DNA of 64,000 nt from a virus: positions 1 through 64,000 of IMG/VR virus record IMGVR_UViG_3300010885_026047; one strand, given 5' to 3'. This document shows, one piece after another, positions 19,901 through 28,203 of the stretch. A program made the translations under genes and the position numbers. Under the pieces are notes generated by a model. It was not told where the DNA came from. It ran no database searches and was given only the letters and a program-made list of their open reading frames with translations. Within the stretch, counting starts at the first letter, position 1, and each line of letters starts with the position of its first letter.

Positions 19901-20415
19901 ACTTTGTAGCAGATATGAAGCACTTTGAAGGTTCTATCAAAGATAAGATGGAGCAGAACTGGGAAGGGTTATCTGATAACCAGAGGTCTAACATACGTAA
20001 AACTTTGTTTGATCTTGGTGTGTTTATGTTCGGGTTTGCTCTTATAGCAGTTATCAAGTCCATAGAACAAGGTATACCTGAAGACGATAAGAACTTACGT
20101 AAGTGGATAAACTTCCTACATAGGATGTCTGAACGTGTACTTCAAAGCCAGATCATGTATATACCTATCATAGGTAGCAAGTATCAGTACCAGATGCTCA
20201 AGTCACCTATAGCCTCCCTTGGTACTATGGCTAACTTTGGTGATGCACTGATGGAAACGATGCAGTTACCTTTTCCACCATACGGAGATCACTACTACAC
20301 TAACGGTATACACAAGGGAGAACTAAAGGCTTACGAGAAAACGTTGAAAGTACTTCCGATCATAAGTCTCCGAAATCATTGGGAGTCACTTACTTCTGAT
20401 CAGTACTTTAAGTAA
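13981..20415 (+). CDS. Giant virion polyvalent protein (degenerate zincin-like units, Pol-beta-type nucleotidyltransferase, PD-(D/E)XK nuclease, helical C-terminus)
   Basis: 2144 aa, TAATG overlap with the upstream gene. LTGSLS...LHDLDF...IDLF (NTase). GITTLI...GTDVHSILE...IDLLL...VDLK (Cas4/RecB-like nuclease). EEATH and KETAY are degenerate HExxH motifs. Hydrophobic helix near the C-terminus. Confidence 0.75.
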   Translation: MIDRCPHGPDWEKLKNRIGKTEAMGVWLEHEKAGTKYDPMSYPRPRFPGDFEHVWTEQIDGISDYQKLSARKKELEAEGARVSIQGNGLRVSMSPVEQRQERYYQKVAKPVNLEERLTEFTNGLGFESKHLDNLKDLIGSDAISAVDLMNKVILYGKHSNLHHVAKETAYVAYSMLGRKNKIVTDLKRNIESIPDYDKIYQQYKDKSPNLPDGKIKELITIDFLADSIRNNWEAPKDSYTNRKSEFWSKADFPPATKKTIGSILRQIWESLKSLFVKSDKNRVHVGELADDLANDILSKNYQKFQTELAPDQQRVNYEETIAKDPVAKKIVERFHDMGLTLTGSLSVRKQGTLYRTPDENLHDLDFTVQNHLVNKELQEDIRKAKYLAYDYGQNLVSKVFHKQIIENIDNYSFFKNIKKNFPEFEITKSFVDKDNRICIAGKIGEHGIDLFIKPKEHDRLDKDEQGYQDWKQVFLEKLRLGRAKDMLDFVHYKPFNIDENGKFAQIPSFRHFTFEKESPVKQAPISFQKTSTKEKPIPELDKVVEKFLSKANVDVQRLKDEGQDFAAMYEPFKKTVSVVDGKADITTLGEEATHVYVRMLDKDSKLYRDIIKDVRNRDEFDEVYEQYKDDPQYQKDGEPDEEKIAEEAAGKIAAKVIAGKFKDQKAMKWWERLWNYIKSLFKDKKWEDTIAEDILGAKTTRLSKEKIRKMEEAAERGEIYYQKLDHVSDDAKKYIEDLLSSKHTSDVQKALVKAFYLKDEGYEKVAEHLGVKPHIPAMLIKKENGLPVHKHMDVQGREYPGITTLIKGKLSETQQADLQWIADIGTDVHSILEGLAIDKKVEEIETSHIPDDIKRTAYKILGAFIEDYKAKGYIALPEVEAIDPVSGVATAIDLLLLSRDGTDNKIVDLKNSLTAALIKDAKTGKDRKSDKYLSSWEMEEGSVFKAAGIELSKDLQHAIQLGCCGKLMELQGVPVTGLYILHMLLKTEKGISGITGIQKEGVSYYSPTDNEPYVNLVIPTEIDEQNPSQLQMNRPGYDYSDIDPQNPSNEPKSDEQVEKEAEGAEQLDTLKPVVDKAIDLLNQRQVWLQDLNRSKPGAEIKNKTIDTLTQFRRSLITSRDAGDYNSAMKDFMEYTRKQVETTMDFIRDTNNYTLKEERYPQILIQASKFLDGYQGVYKLVDRETGAKHKEYAQVVGSLNELQEAIREGLQGYFATQFRKNFPPEVIPDSTITEWIYGMSPDITQATYNLEAPHGTRDLGISAMDKELRDALFFGNQISVETVKKVQDMQQKLFTALGTKKYQKGMYDFMTNKDGTLTQRVGKQYWDMVKSARDLILDDNGNELEEKEGNSPEVIAYNKDLHNKKEAYRNLTRAEVYDKVSQDYVEGQYQRYTQEFKDARSQHEYQNKYGIWEPRHPESAAYREYREKHYIVIPDVYEKIYDKKGEFTGVVGDRTNIWVVNPHFKEVKDKRTDGLELRDEKYLKMLNDQSSVGKARKEFYDSWMKLADSYYGELPLSVIKNMKGKMPVKEATWLEQCKQAEGLNGLLGVIGKSVKDQFTYGTYYGERMVDEAGNFKQSIPVGYTGDFRDQERIQDLNKQIADLESRKTTGEFKQKHQQDYYRQQRDILKASLQAEMRKITPDKVEQDIAKGLMDFIPQAEKYIQKDRIEDKVLALRALIQLKTETGGYFERDTLNRTIYKKGTTEPLALQETYAEKMAKHICEVIMYNSGERDNSFMKMMAENMARYTGILAFAGQPLTSLSVGSMGMFNIARSAVGGQHFGMRSLASALGEYWKEMVPAWTKGKLSGNKTPYHSKGEALVALYQVPVKMFAPDKGFWHLATMNEHATEYFIQAVPAIATMKSKNIKGADSSTKKLWDCWNFDKTTGKLTPVKGFEHVAGDKEMTKWFGYLQDVNNMEHGPFAAMEQNVVSKHWLGKLGMMFHKVIWPGFKSRFANSYTHQNFGEIEGSYRTTLNFVADMKHFEGSIKDKMEQNWEGLSDNQRSNIRKTLFDLGVFMFGFALIAVIKSIEQGIPEDDKNLRKWINFLHRMSERVLQSQIMYIPIIGSKYQYQMLKSPIASLGTMANFGDALMETMQLPFPPYGDHYYTNGIHKGELKAYEKTLKVLPIISLRNHWESLTSDQYFK

Positions 20416-20779
20416 CTCCATACAACTTATACTCTGTATCCGGAGCATATCTGAACAACCTATACAAAGGTCTGTCCAGGTAGTCTCGTTTTACTCTGTC
20501 ACCTTCCCAGTAAAGAGCATACTCGGTATCTTCTATATCTGGTGGTTCTGTAGTTATGTAGTCTATGATGTTACCTGGCAGACAAGTGTTTACTCTCAGG
20601 TTCATACACGTTGTCTCAAACTCTGTTTCCCGGACATCTGTACACTCTTCATAGTCTTCAAACCATACACTCTTCTGCCGGATAGTTACTATCATAGTAC
20701 CGCTATCCGATAACCTATATATACTTCCGTTATGGTTTTCTACTATATGTACCATGCCATATATCTTTTTTGTCTTCAT
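20408..20779 (-). CDS. hypothetical protein
   Basis: 123 aa ORF with genome-typical codon use. Confidence 0.6.
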   Translation of the reverse strand: MKTKKIYGMVHIVENHNGSIYRLSDSGTMIVTIRQKSVWFEDYEECTDVRETEFETTCMNLRVNTCLPGNIIDYITTEPPDIEDTEYALYWEGDRVKRDYLDRPLYRLFRYAPDTEYKLYGVT

Positions 20780-20802
20780 ATCTTTTATGTTTCTTTTTTA
20801 AC

Positions 20803-20810
20803 TAACTTTG
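20803..20810 (+). promoter_or_regulatory. Bacteroidota -7 promoter element TAACTTTG
   Basis: Matches TAnnTTTG, 17 nt before the ATG at 20828. Confidence 0.55.
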
Positions 20811-20827
20811 CTTACAAACGTACTACT

Positions 20828-21220
20828 ATGCAAAACACCACTCAAAGTGCTAACTATAACTGGGTAACTCACTCACCTAACAATGCTCCGTTTACTACAC
20901 AACCTTGTAGTCTTTTCTACTACGTATCTTTAGATACTACAGGTGCTCCGATCTTATCAACCATGAGAGCGAAGAACTCTAAGACTTACGATAAGGGTAA
21001 CGGTCCTTGTACAGAAGCTTTTCTCCCAAACACACAGATGGTAGCACCTGCAGGACAACATCAGTGCTTTTTCCCTAACGGCAACAGATACTTCTATCAG
21101 GTTTCAAAGATCAACGGTCAGATCATCGGAAACAGTATGATCTCTGTTGGTGGTCAGAAAAAACCTCCTATGTGTGTAGGTAGACACGTTTACTTAGAGT
21201 TCAAACACTTCTCTGTATAA
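20828..21220 (+). CDS. hypothetical Cys-containing protein (likely start MQNTTQ)
   Basis: Start placed downstream of the -7 element; the stop overlaps the endolysin ATG. Confidence 0.6.
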   Translation: MQNTTQSANYNWVTHSPNNAPFTTQPCSLFYYVSLDTTGAPILSTMRAKNSKTYDKGNGPCTEAFLPNTQMVAPAGQHQCFFPNGNRYFYQVSKINGQIIGNSMISVGGQKKPPMCVGRHVYLEFKHFSV

Positions 21221-21816
21221 TGGACATATCTAAACTACAAGATCACTTACCAGACTTTATCTATAACCAGATACCTCAAACCTTCCCTCTTGGTGTAGAC
21301 GGTCCCAAACGACTGTCTAACCTTTTGGGTCAGTGTAAGCTTGAGTGTGGTAACTGGACAGCTTTTACAGAGAACTTAAACTACTCCGGAGAGAAGTTGT
21401 GGGTTATGTTTCATACTCACTTCTCTGACATCAACGAAGCTCAGAGTTTTGCACATCAACCAGAACGTATAGCTAACCGTATCTATGCTAGTAGAAATGG
21501 CAATGGTCCTGAAAGTTCAGGAGAAGGTTGGTACTATCGTGGTCGTGGTTGTGTGCAGTTAACTGGTAAAACAAACATCCAAGCCTTTTTCACTTCTATC
21601 GGTTTACCTGCAGACAGTGATCCTAACCTTATAGCTACAAACTACCAACTTATATCTGCTGCCTGGTACTTCAAAACACACAACCTTTGGGCACTTTGTG
21701 ACCGTGGAACCGATCTTGCAACTATCACAGCAGTTACACAGAAAGTGAACGGTGGACAAAACGGCTTACAACAGAGAGTACAGTACACTCAGGAGTTCTA
21801 CCAGTTACTTACATAG
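21220..21816 (+). CDS. Endolysin, glycoside hydrolase family 19
   Basis: LECGN...ENLNYS...IANRIYASRNGNG...GWYYRGRGCVQLTGKTN...SAAWYF...VNGGQNG, typical of phage GH19 lysins. Confidence 0.9.
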   Translation: MDISKLQDHLPDFIYNQIPQTFPLGVDGPKRLSNLLGQCKLECGNWTAFTENLNYSGEKLWVMFHTHFSDINEAQSFAHQPERIANRIYASRNGNGPESSGEGWYYRGRGCVQLTGKTNIQAFFTSIGLPADSDPNLIATNYQLISAAWYFKTHNLWALCDRGTDLATITAVTQKVNGGQNGLQQRVQYTQEFYQLLT

Positions 21817-22122
21817 TTGGTCGTACATAGCAGCTTTCTCTCTTAGTTGGTCATACTCTGACGTGTGTATAACTACCAAGTTGCTTTTGTTCCTTTTACT
21901 CATCTGTTCGTTTGCCAACCTTTGTTTAAACTCTGCATCGTTTTCTTCTTCCCAGTGTCCTGAAGTGATATACGTTCGGTTCTCTCTGTTATCTGTATCT
22001 ATCTTTACTATATCAGCAGAACTCAAACTATATAGCATCTTCTGTAGTTCTCCGCATACTATACCTTCCTGACCTTCTACAGTCCAACTTTCTCCTTTTA
22101 CCCATAGTTTCTTTCTTTCCAT
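21805..22122 (-). CDS. hypothetical protein
   Basis: 105 aa ORF in a tight operon. Confidence 0.6.
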   Translation of the reverse strand: MERKKLWVKGESWTVEGQEGIVCGELQKMLYSLSSADIVKIDTDNRENRTYITSGHWEEENDAEFKQRLANEQMSKRNKSNLVVIHTSEYDQLREKAAMYDQLCK

Positions 22123-22123
22123 A

Positions 22124-22777
22124 TCATACTGTTTTTACTTCTTTAACTGCTCTTTCCCACTGTACCTGTTGATGTCCTTGTTTCTGCAGTGTTTCGTTTA
22201 TCCACTTCCAGGTATCTTTACAGCGTACTTCGGGCCATATCTGCACTGTTCTCTTGTGAGGGCTTTGTATCTGGTCTAAGTATATCTCAGCCTCCTTCCC
22301 AAAAGTTACCCAGATATCTTCCGGGTGTATCTCGTTGATCTTGTTGACTAGGTAACTTGTCCACTCCTTCCATATATCATAATGGTGCTCCATACCTACA
22401 GAACTAGTCATAGCTGTAGAGACCTGTAGAACTCCTTGTTTACCCCACTTAGTTGGAGCTGTACCTTCTAAACTGTCACGTATCTTCTTCATAGGGGTTA
22501 TATCCTGAAGAAAAGGTAGTATACTGTGCCCGTACTCGTTTGACTTGAGACTGGTCAGTAGTACTACCTTAACGTCAGTTGGTTTACACTGGAAGAACTG
22601 GAACATCGTATCCGAGAGCTTTGGTGTTATCCTACTACCAGTGTTCTTTATCTCCAGTAACTTATCTACTATCTGTTCCATGGATCTACTGCAGACAAAC
22701 TGCCATAACAGGTCATACCATCCACACTCTTTAAGTTCATCTTTTATACCTTCTATGATCTCTTGTTTTGTCTGCAT
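22124..22777 (-). CDS. Degenerate uracil-DNA glycosylase family 1-like protein
   Basis: W..LL...P....F..F......DVKVVLL, W.KQGVL...AMT, IW..W, FGKEA scaffold is present; GQDPY and HPSP motifs are absent. Confidence 0.7.
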   Translation of the reverse strand: MQTKQEIIEGIKDELKECGWYDLLWQFVCSRSMEQIVDKLLEIKNTGSRITPKLSDTMFQFFQCKPTDVKVVLLTSLKSNEYGHSILPFLQDITPMKKIRDSLEGTAPTKWGKQGVLQVSTAMTSSVGMEHHYDIWKEWTSYLVNKINEIHPEDIWVTFGKEAEIYLDQIQSPHKRTVQIWPEVRCKDTWKWINETLQKQGHQQVQWERAVKEVKTV

Positions 22778-22814
22778 ATCTTTTATATCTTTGTATCGAA
22801 CCTAAAGTTACAAC

Positions 22815-23111
22815 ATGAGCACTGAAAAAAATGTACCACACATAAAAAGTGGAGCTAAAGTCCCAGTCATCTTCACCAACACAGAGATCCATGCCTTGTA
22901 TACCATATATGAGCATCTCATAAACGGTCTGACTACAGAAGACTCTCTAGCTCTTAAAGACCGTATAGAGAACAAGAAACCTTTATCTGGTAGAGATATC
23001 TCAGTTATAAACATAACCAAGATCTTGAACATGGTCCATAAAGCTGCTGAAGAGAACAACTTAGTTGAGTTTAAACCTCTTACAGATACTGTCCTGGCTG
23101 TTGTGTCTTAG
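22815..23111 (+). CDS. hypothetical protein (lone + strand gene)
   Basis: 98 aa, preceded by TATCTTTG at 22786-22793. Confidence 0.6.
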   Translation: MSTEKNVPHIKSGAKVPVIFTNTEIHALYTIYEHLINGLTTEDSLALKDRIENKKPLSGRDISVINITKILNMVHKAAEENNLVEFKPLTDTVLAVVS

Positions 23112-23422
23112 ATCAGTTCTCCTCTTTCTATCTCCAGTTTACGTAGAACTTGCTGTTCTGTTGTAAGTTTCCATAACTGGTACTTTGTGGTTATCTCGTT
23201 TGTAAGAGCTTGTTTTGTTGGGTACTTTTCAACATCCTCTATCCAGCCACTTACAGTAAAAAGTTCTACAGGTTCTTCTTCTGTCCATAACCCAAACCAT
23301 CTCTTTACTTCTTTCTTTTCTCTGTAGAACATCGTGTTCCAAAAACCACCATACTCCATAGATATCCATACAGCTCTATAGTAAAACTCTTCACCTTCTA
23401 TCGTTATCTTTTTATCTTTCAT
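23108..23422 (-). CDS. hypothetical protein
   Basis: 104 aa ORF. Confidence 0.6.
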   Translation of the reverse strand: MKDKKITIEGEEFYYRAVWISMEYGGFWNTMFYREKKEVKRWFGLWTEEEPVELFTVSGWIEDVEKYPTKQALTNEITTKYQLWKLTTEQQVLRKLEIERGELI

Positions 23423-23787
23423 AACCCATACTTTTGTTTTACTTGTTCAGTTCTCTTTCTCACTATCTCTGAAGGGTTTCCGTTTTCTGTATCTGCATGT
23501 TCCTGTAGAGTTAGCAAGATCACGTTATCGCTGTCATACCTATAAACAGGATACTTTGCTTTTGAAACGAGGTGATGAACACATGCCCAGTTGGGTTCTG
23601 AACCGAGATATGTTCCTGACACTTCACTTCTTGGGCCTCTTGTTCTCCATAACTCTTCACAAAACCTTCTGTCTGCATCTCTGGTTAACCTATCTATCTC
23701 TTTTTGTTCCTCTGTTCGAGGTTTTGCTTTCAACTTACTTCTCTTCAGGCTTCCTGACTTCTTTAGGGGTGTTGTTCTCTTGAGCAT
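23419..23787 (-). CDS. HNH-fold nuclease-like protein
   Basis: SEVSG...VHHLVSK..YP.YRYDSDNVILLTLQEH motif with a basic N-terminus. Confidence 0.6.
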   Translation of the reverse strand: MLKRTTPLKKSGSLKRSKLKAKPRTEEQKEIDRLTRDADRRFCEELWRTRGPRSEVSGTYLGSEPNWACVHHLVSKAKYPVYRYDSDNVILLTLQEHADTENGNPSEIVRKRTEQVKQKYGL

Positions 23788-23968
23788 CTATCAGTTGTTT
23801 TAGGTCTTGTATGGCATACGTATACTTGTGCTCCCAGTAGGTCATCTTTTCTTGCATACTCTTCTGATTTTTCTAATGTTTGCTCTTCTAAGTACTATCA
23901 ACGGTCCTGTTTTGCATGTATACTTCCATACTACATCATGTATATATACCTCATCTCTTTGGAAGTTG

Positions 23969-24232
23969 TTACTTTTTTCCATCTTCTGTAGTTTCAACTT
24001 TTATACCTGTAAACAACTTTACTTTTGGATAACCGAACCACACTAACAGCTTTCTCCACCAGTTATACTTGTACACCTTGACTACTTTTACTTGAGTGTT
24101 CTTGTTACCCATGTTTAGAACATCTCCTTTTGAGAACTCTTTAGGTGACAGTGTCACTTTGAACCTCTGTTTACCTATACCCGGATGACTTGTATCTGGT
24201 ATCTTACGGTATCTATGTACCCAGTATCCCAT
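23969..24232 (-). CDS. hypothetical protein
   Basis: 87 aa ORF. Confidence 0.5.
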   Translation of the reverse strand: MGYWVHRYRKIPDTSHPGIGKQRFKVTLSPKEFSKGDVLNMGNKNTQVKVVKVYKYNWWRKLLVWFGYPKVKLFTGIKVETTEDGKK

Positions 24233-24833
24233 CTGTATCTGTGTTTATACCTAACCATAACATAAGTTGTCTGAGAGCTGCTATATCTGGTAGATAACCT
24301 TGGTACTGCCCATACTCGTTCTCATCACTCCAAACGTTTACCCATACCTGTTCTGCATAACCTACAGTCATCAGCCACAGTTGTTCTTGTGCCTCAAACC
24401 ATCCGTTTCTTTCTGACCAAATCCAACCAAGAGCTTCTATGTTCTCCTTGTTTAACTCTTTACCTTTCTGGGAGAGTTTTTCTCTGCTTTTCATAAAAGC
24501 TTTATAACCGGGATACTTATCAGTTACACTTTCTTCGTGTTCTTCTACGATGTCTGGAGAGTTGTGTTCTCGGATAGTCCTTGCTTTGTTTAGCCCTACA
24601 ACTGTATAGCCCTCCTTATCTGTAGTGCCTAACACTGGAACTGTTTGCTGTTCTGTATCTGGAGAGATAAGTTCTACTTCTGTATCTGAAACTACTCTGA
24701 TATACCATCTTACATCTCCTTGCTCTACCCCTCCCATATACTGTTCTTCTTCTGCAGTCCTTGTCCATGTCACATCTCTACTACTGTTAGGTACTCGGAA
24801 CTTCTGTCCTTCTTTTACATCTTTCAGTTTCAT
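24213..24833 (-). CDS. hypothetical protein (likely start MKLKDV)
   Basis: ORF whose likely start overlaps the upstream stop (ATGA). Confidence 0.55.
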   Translation of the reverse strand: MKLKDVKEGQKFRVPNSSRDVTWTRTAEEEQYMGGVEQGDVRWYIRVVSDTEVELISPDTEQQTVPVLGTTDKEGYTVVGLNKARTIREHNSPDIVEEHEESVTDKYPGYKAFMKSREKLSQKGKELNKENIEALGWIWSERNGWFEAQEQLWLMTVGYAEQVWVNVWSDENEYGQYQGYLPDIAALRQLMLWLGINTDTDGILGT

Positions 24834-25078
24834 ATGTCGTTTTCCCTGTTTAGTTTCAAAAGTTTTGCCCATTTCTTTGTAAACTTTATCGGCTTGATAA
24901 ACCTGTTCCCAAACCCTCCATCGTTATCTTCTCTACTTGTCAGGTGATACACATCACTATCAGGACACTTGTAACACCTGCAGGGACTTCTATCTCTTGT
25001 TCGAGAGTTCTTCTGTAGAGCGTTTAGTGCTGTCTCACATCCCTTCTTGTCGTAACTTTTCTTCTGGCATAAACACAT
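24830..25078 (-). CDS. small Cys/His protein (CYKCPDSDVYHLTS)
   Basis: Y.CP....YHLTS motif common in small phage Zn-binding proteins. Confidence 0.55.
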   Translation of the reverse strand: MCLCQKKSYDKKGCETALNALQKNSRTRDRSPCRCYKCPDSDVYHLTSREDNDGGFGNRFIKPIKFTKKWAKLLKLNRENDI

Positions 25079-25081
25079 AAC

Positions 25082-25477
25082 CTACTCCTCCCCTTTTATC
25101 TGTAGATAAGCTCCTGTAGAGATAGTTCTTGACAGCTTTTCTGCAATCTCTTGTATCTGTTTTATAGCTCCCTTTTCCGGTACTAACAGCAAGTCGTTTA
25201 ACAGATGTTCCAGACTCTCGTAAACTACCAACCCTTTCACCTTTATCTGTGCAAGAGCATCGTTCATCTTACTACCTTGTTCGTTAGCACGATCTCTTTC
25301 TTGGTTTACTTCTGTGATAGCGTTCCATATGGTAAACAGGTTCCGTACTTCTGGTGACATCTCCCGTTTTCCCTGTTCTTCTGCATATAATTCGTCAGAC
25401 TTGTCTGTGTACTCTACCTCGAAGTCTCTGTCTGTTTTCTTTATCTCGTTCATGTTGTTTGTTTTATAGTGATCCAT
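25082..25477 (-). CDS. hypothetical coiled-coil protein
   Basis: 131 aa ORF. Confidence 0.55.
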   Translation of the reverse strand: MDHYKTNNMNEIKKTDRDFEVEYTDKSDELYAEEQGKREMSPEVRNLFTIWNAITEVNQERDRANEQGSKMNDALAQIKVKGLVVYESLEHLLNDLLLVPEKGAIKQIQEIAEKLSRTISTGAYLQIKGEE

Positions 25478-25661
25478 AACTCATCTGTCCTGGAGAACTT
25501 TCCAGTCTTGCTATCCTCTTCTCCTGTTGTTCTATCAGTTCTTGTTGCCATATAGTTACATCTATAAGTTTTCCTACTACTTTGCCAATAGCCATACCTT
25601 CGCTATCTTTTAGTAGAGTGGCTATGTCCTGAAAGGCTTCTGCTATACTTTTCTGTTCCAT
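25464..25661 (-). CDS. hypothetical protein
   Basis: 65 aa ORF in operon. Confidence 0.5.
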   Translation of the reverse strand: MEQKSIAEAFQDIATLLKDSEGMAIGKVVGKLIDVTIWQQELIEQQEKRIARLESSPGQMSYGSL

Positions 25662-25665
25662 ATCT

Positions 25666-26715
25666 TTACTTTTCTATACTGTTTATATCTGGCCTTATAG
25701 CTTGTAGTACTTTTGTCTCCAGTTCTAACGCAAACTCTTCGTTATCTTTTAGGAACTGAACCATAGCATCAAACCCGTTAGCTAACTTTGTTTCTCCGTT
25801 GTTGTAGTAACTACCTGTCTTCTGTAGTAGTTTGTGCTCTTCAGCCAGGTCTACTATCTCGTTCTGTCTCTGTATACCTTTACCAAACTCTACATAGTAC
25901 GCAGCTTCTTTGTGGGGTATAGATACCTTAGACTTGGTTATCTTAGCCTTTACGTCCAAACCATACACACCATCACTATCCTTATCCAGAGACTTGGTTA
26001 TCTCTATCTTCAGAGCTGTGTAGTACTTCATAGCTTCTCCGGCACACTCTATAAACGGGTTACCATATCCACCTATGTTTACCCTGTACTGGTTCAGAAA
26101 CACCAAACCACAGTTTGTTGGTATCAGTTTAGCGTTTATAGTTCTGAGAGACTTGCTCATAAGTCTACCAACTCCTGCTATACCTGCTGATCTTACTCCT
26201 GCCTGAAGTTCTGACATCGGACAAAGTTCCGCGATACTGTCTAACACGATGATCCCAAAACTCCGGGTATCTAACATGTCACACAGTATCTCCAACCACT
26301 CTTCCCCAGAGATCGCCTGTATCTCACTTTCCTTTTTCTTCTTCAGCAACATCTCTACGTTTACTATGTAGAGCTTACTGAGATCTACGCCTATATTTTC
26401 TGCGTAGTTCAGGTCCAAGGTGCCCTCTACATCGAGAAACGCACACATGTTTCCTTTCTTCTGTTCCTCCTTGATGATGTGTAGAGAGAGCGTTGTCTTG
26501 GAACTGCTTTCTTTGCCCAGTATATGGGTTATCTTGCCATCTTTTGGAACACCTTGGATACCTGTAGCGATATCTAAAGTCAAACTTCCTGTAGAAGTGC
26601 TTTCTTTTACCCGTTCTATAGTAGACGAACTAGCCTTTACTATCGAGTTCTTTCCATACTTTTCCTCTAGTGCTGCTAACTTGTCTGCAGATACGTTATC
26701 TTTTATCTTTGCCAT
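25666..26715 (-). CDS. recA: RecA recombinase
   Basis: STGSLTLDIATG, GKESSSKTTL (Walker A variant), FLDVEGTLD, IIVLDSIAEL, RLMSKSLR, FLNQYR, GEAMKYY. Confidence 0.95.
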   Translation of the reverse strand: MAKIKDNVSADKLAALEEKYGKNSIVKASSSTIERVKESTSTGSLTLDIATGIQGVPKDGKITHILGKESSSKTTLSLHIIKEEQKKGNMCAFLDVEGTLDLNYAENIGVDLSKLYIVNVEMLLKKKKESEIQAISGEEWLEILCDMLDTRSFGIIVLDSIAELCPMSELQAGVRSAGIAGVGRLMSKSLRTINAKLIPTNCGLVFLNQYRVNIGGYGNPFIECAGEAMKYYTALKIEITKSLDKDSDGVYGLDVKAKITKSKVSIPHKEAAYYVEFGKGIQRQNEIVDLAEEHKLLQKTGSYYNNGETKLANGFDAMVQFLKDNEEFALELETKVLQAIRPDINSIEK

Positions 26716-27278
26716 GTTATATTGTTTAGTATTTGTGATATGTTAGATATTGATGAGTTATATCTTTTTGCCAGACACTCCAAGTTGCAAGTTTTCTTGT
26801 TGTAATCTCTCCTTATCTCATCCACTTCTACTTGCTTTAACTTAGAAAAGTTAGACTTTTCTCCTTTTCTAACAACCCCATCTCGAAGACCTGTTATAGT
26901 CGCATGTTGATTATTTTCTAAAACTGTACACCACTCTAAGTTTTCTACTCTATTATCTGTCTTTATCCCGTTTATGTGGTTTACACACGGTTTGTTCTTC
27001 GGGTTTAAGATAAATGCTATAGCGACAAGTCTATGTAGAGTAAACCATTTGCCTTTTTGATATCTATATAAACCTATATGAAGATATCCATACTTATCTA
27101 ATTTTGGTTTGAGAGCTTGTCCTTTCAAAAGACAAGGTCTAGTTGTAGCCCTTATCAACCTGGTACAACTACGTATATTACCAAGACTACTTATCTCGTA
27201 GCTATCTTCAAAACCTTTTACAGGTTTCCAAACCTCTTCTTCGCTATAGTCGAAACTGTTTATCTCTAACTCTTTCAT
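26703..27278 (-). CDS. NUMOD4-HNH homing endonuclease
   Basis: WKPVKGFEDSYEISSLGNIRS (NUMOD4); HRLVAIAF...VNHINGIKTDNRVENLEWCT (HNH). Confidence 0.92.
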   Translation of the reverse strand: MKELEINSFDYSEEEVWKPVKGFEDSYEISSLGNIRSCTRLIRATTRPCLLKGQALKPKLDKYGYLHIGLYRYQKGKWFTLHRLVAIAFILNPKNKPCVNHINGIKTDNRVENLEWCTVLENNQHATITGLRDGVVRKGEKSNFSKLKQVEVDEIRRDYNKKTCNLECLAKRYNSSISNISQILNNITWQR

Positions 27279-27407
27279 ACAATGAGCAAGCCCTATATAG
27301 GTTCAAGGAGTGCCATCCTATCCCCCATATAGGGCTATCAGTATCATCAATGCAGTGGCACCTGCTATCATACAGCTAAGGTACGATAAGTCTCTGAAAC
27401 TTCCAAG
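27279..27407 (-). promoter_or_regulatory. Promoter plus interleaved double-stem leader of the HNH gene
   Basis: CTTG-N20-TACCTTAG; inverted repeats 27289-98/27327-36 and 27310-15/27356-61. Confidence 0.6.
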
Positions 27408-27464
27408 CTTTTGTCTTTCTTTTCTTCATCCTTCTTTGTACCTTTTGCCATATGTCTTGTGTGT

Positions 27465-27815
27465 TTACTTGTTTGTTACTGCGTTTCTAAGTTTCTCCAG
27501 AGCTTCTGTGTACTCCGGGTAAGTGGTTATCTTACTCTGTAGAGCCATCAGACAGCTACTATGGTCCCATCCCCACTCTACTTCCATCTGCATGTAGGTG
27601 TACTTCATATCTCTAGCTACCTGGAACATTGCTGTTCTGGGTATCAGGTACTTGTGTCTGCGGCTACTCTCCAGTGGGTCTACAGTGAACAGTACACAGG
27701 CTTTTTCGTGTATCTCTTTCATAGGTACTATAAACATCTCCTGTACTACAACCTCTCTACCAGTTAGCTCTTTGTAAGCTTGTCGAAACTGCTCTATAAG
27801 TTCTGCTAGAGTCAT
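27465..27815 (-). CDS. DnaA C-terminal (domain IV)-like HTH protein
   Basis: SRRHKYLIPRTAMFQVAR...GWDHSSCL resembles the DnaA_C R...G.DHSTV signature. Confidence 0.6.
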   Translation of the reverse strand: MTLAELIEQFRQAYKELTGREVVVQEMFIVPMKEIHEKACVLFTVDPLESSRRHKYLIPRTAMFQVARDMKYTYMQMEVEWGWDHSSCLMALQSKITTYPEYTEALEKLRNAVTNK

Positions 27816-28120
27816 AGCTGTTCTTTTTGAAGCTCTTCGTAGTCCTTTTCCTGTTGTTCCCTCTCCAGTCCTATAGCTTCTACAACATCTTGTGGTAGGT
27901 CTTCAGAGAGGTGTGAAGTTTTCAGTTTTATCAGATCCCCACAGTCACTACACAAGATAGCATCGTGAAAACCTGTCTCTATTCCCCATACCTCTCCTCT
28001 ACAGTACCACCTACCTTGGTGTACATGTTCGTGCTTACACTCTTTCCTTATAGCTTTTATCTGCTCTTGTGCTACCTTTATAACTCTCTGTAGAGCTTCT
28101 ACTTCTTCTTTAGTTGTCAT
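27812..28120 (-). CDS. hypothetical Zn-binding protein
   Basis: CKH...CSDCG. Confidence 0.55.
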   Translation of the reverse strand: MTTKEEVEALQRVIKVAQEQIKAIRKECKHEHVHQGRWYCRGEVWGIETGFHDAILCSDCGDLIKLKTSHLSEDLPQDVVEAIGLEREQQEKDYEELQKEQL

Positions 28121-28203
28121 AACTACTTACCTTTTAGTTTCTTTATCCTGTTCTTGACTATCTGTATACAGTTATCTACACCTGTGTTTGCTCCCATATC
28201 CTT

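Noticed and set aside
107-19923. Numerous short minus-strand ORFs within the giant genes
   Set aside because: Antisense shadows with no independent coding signal
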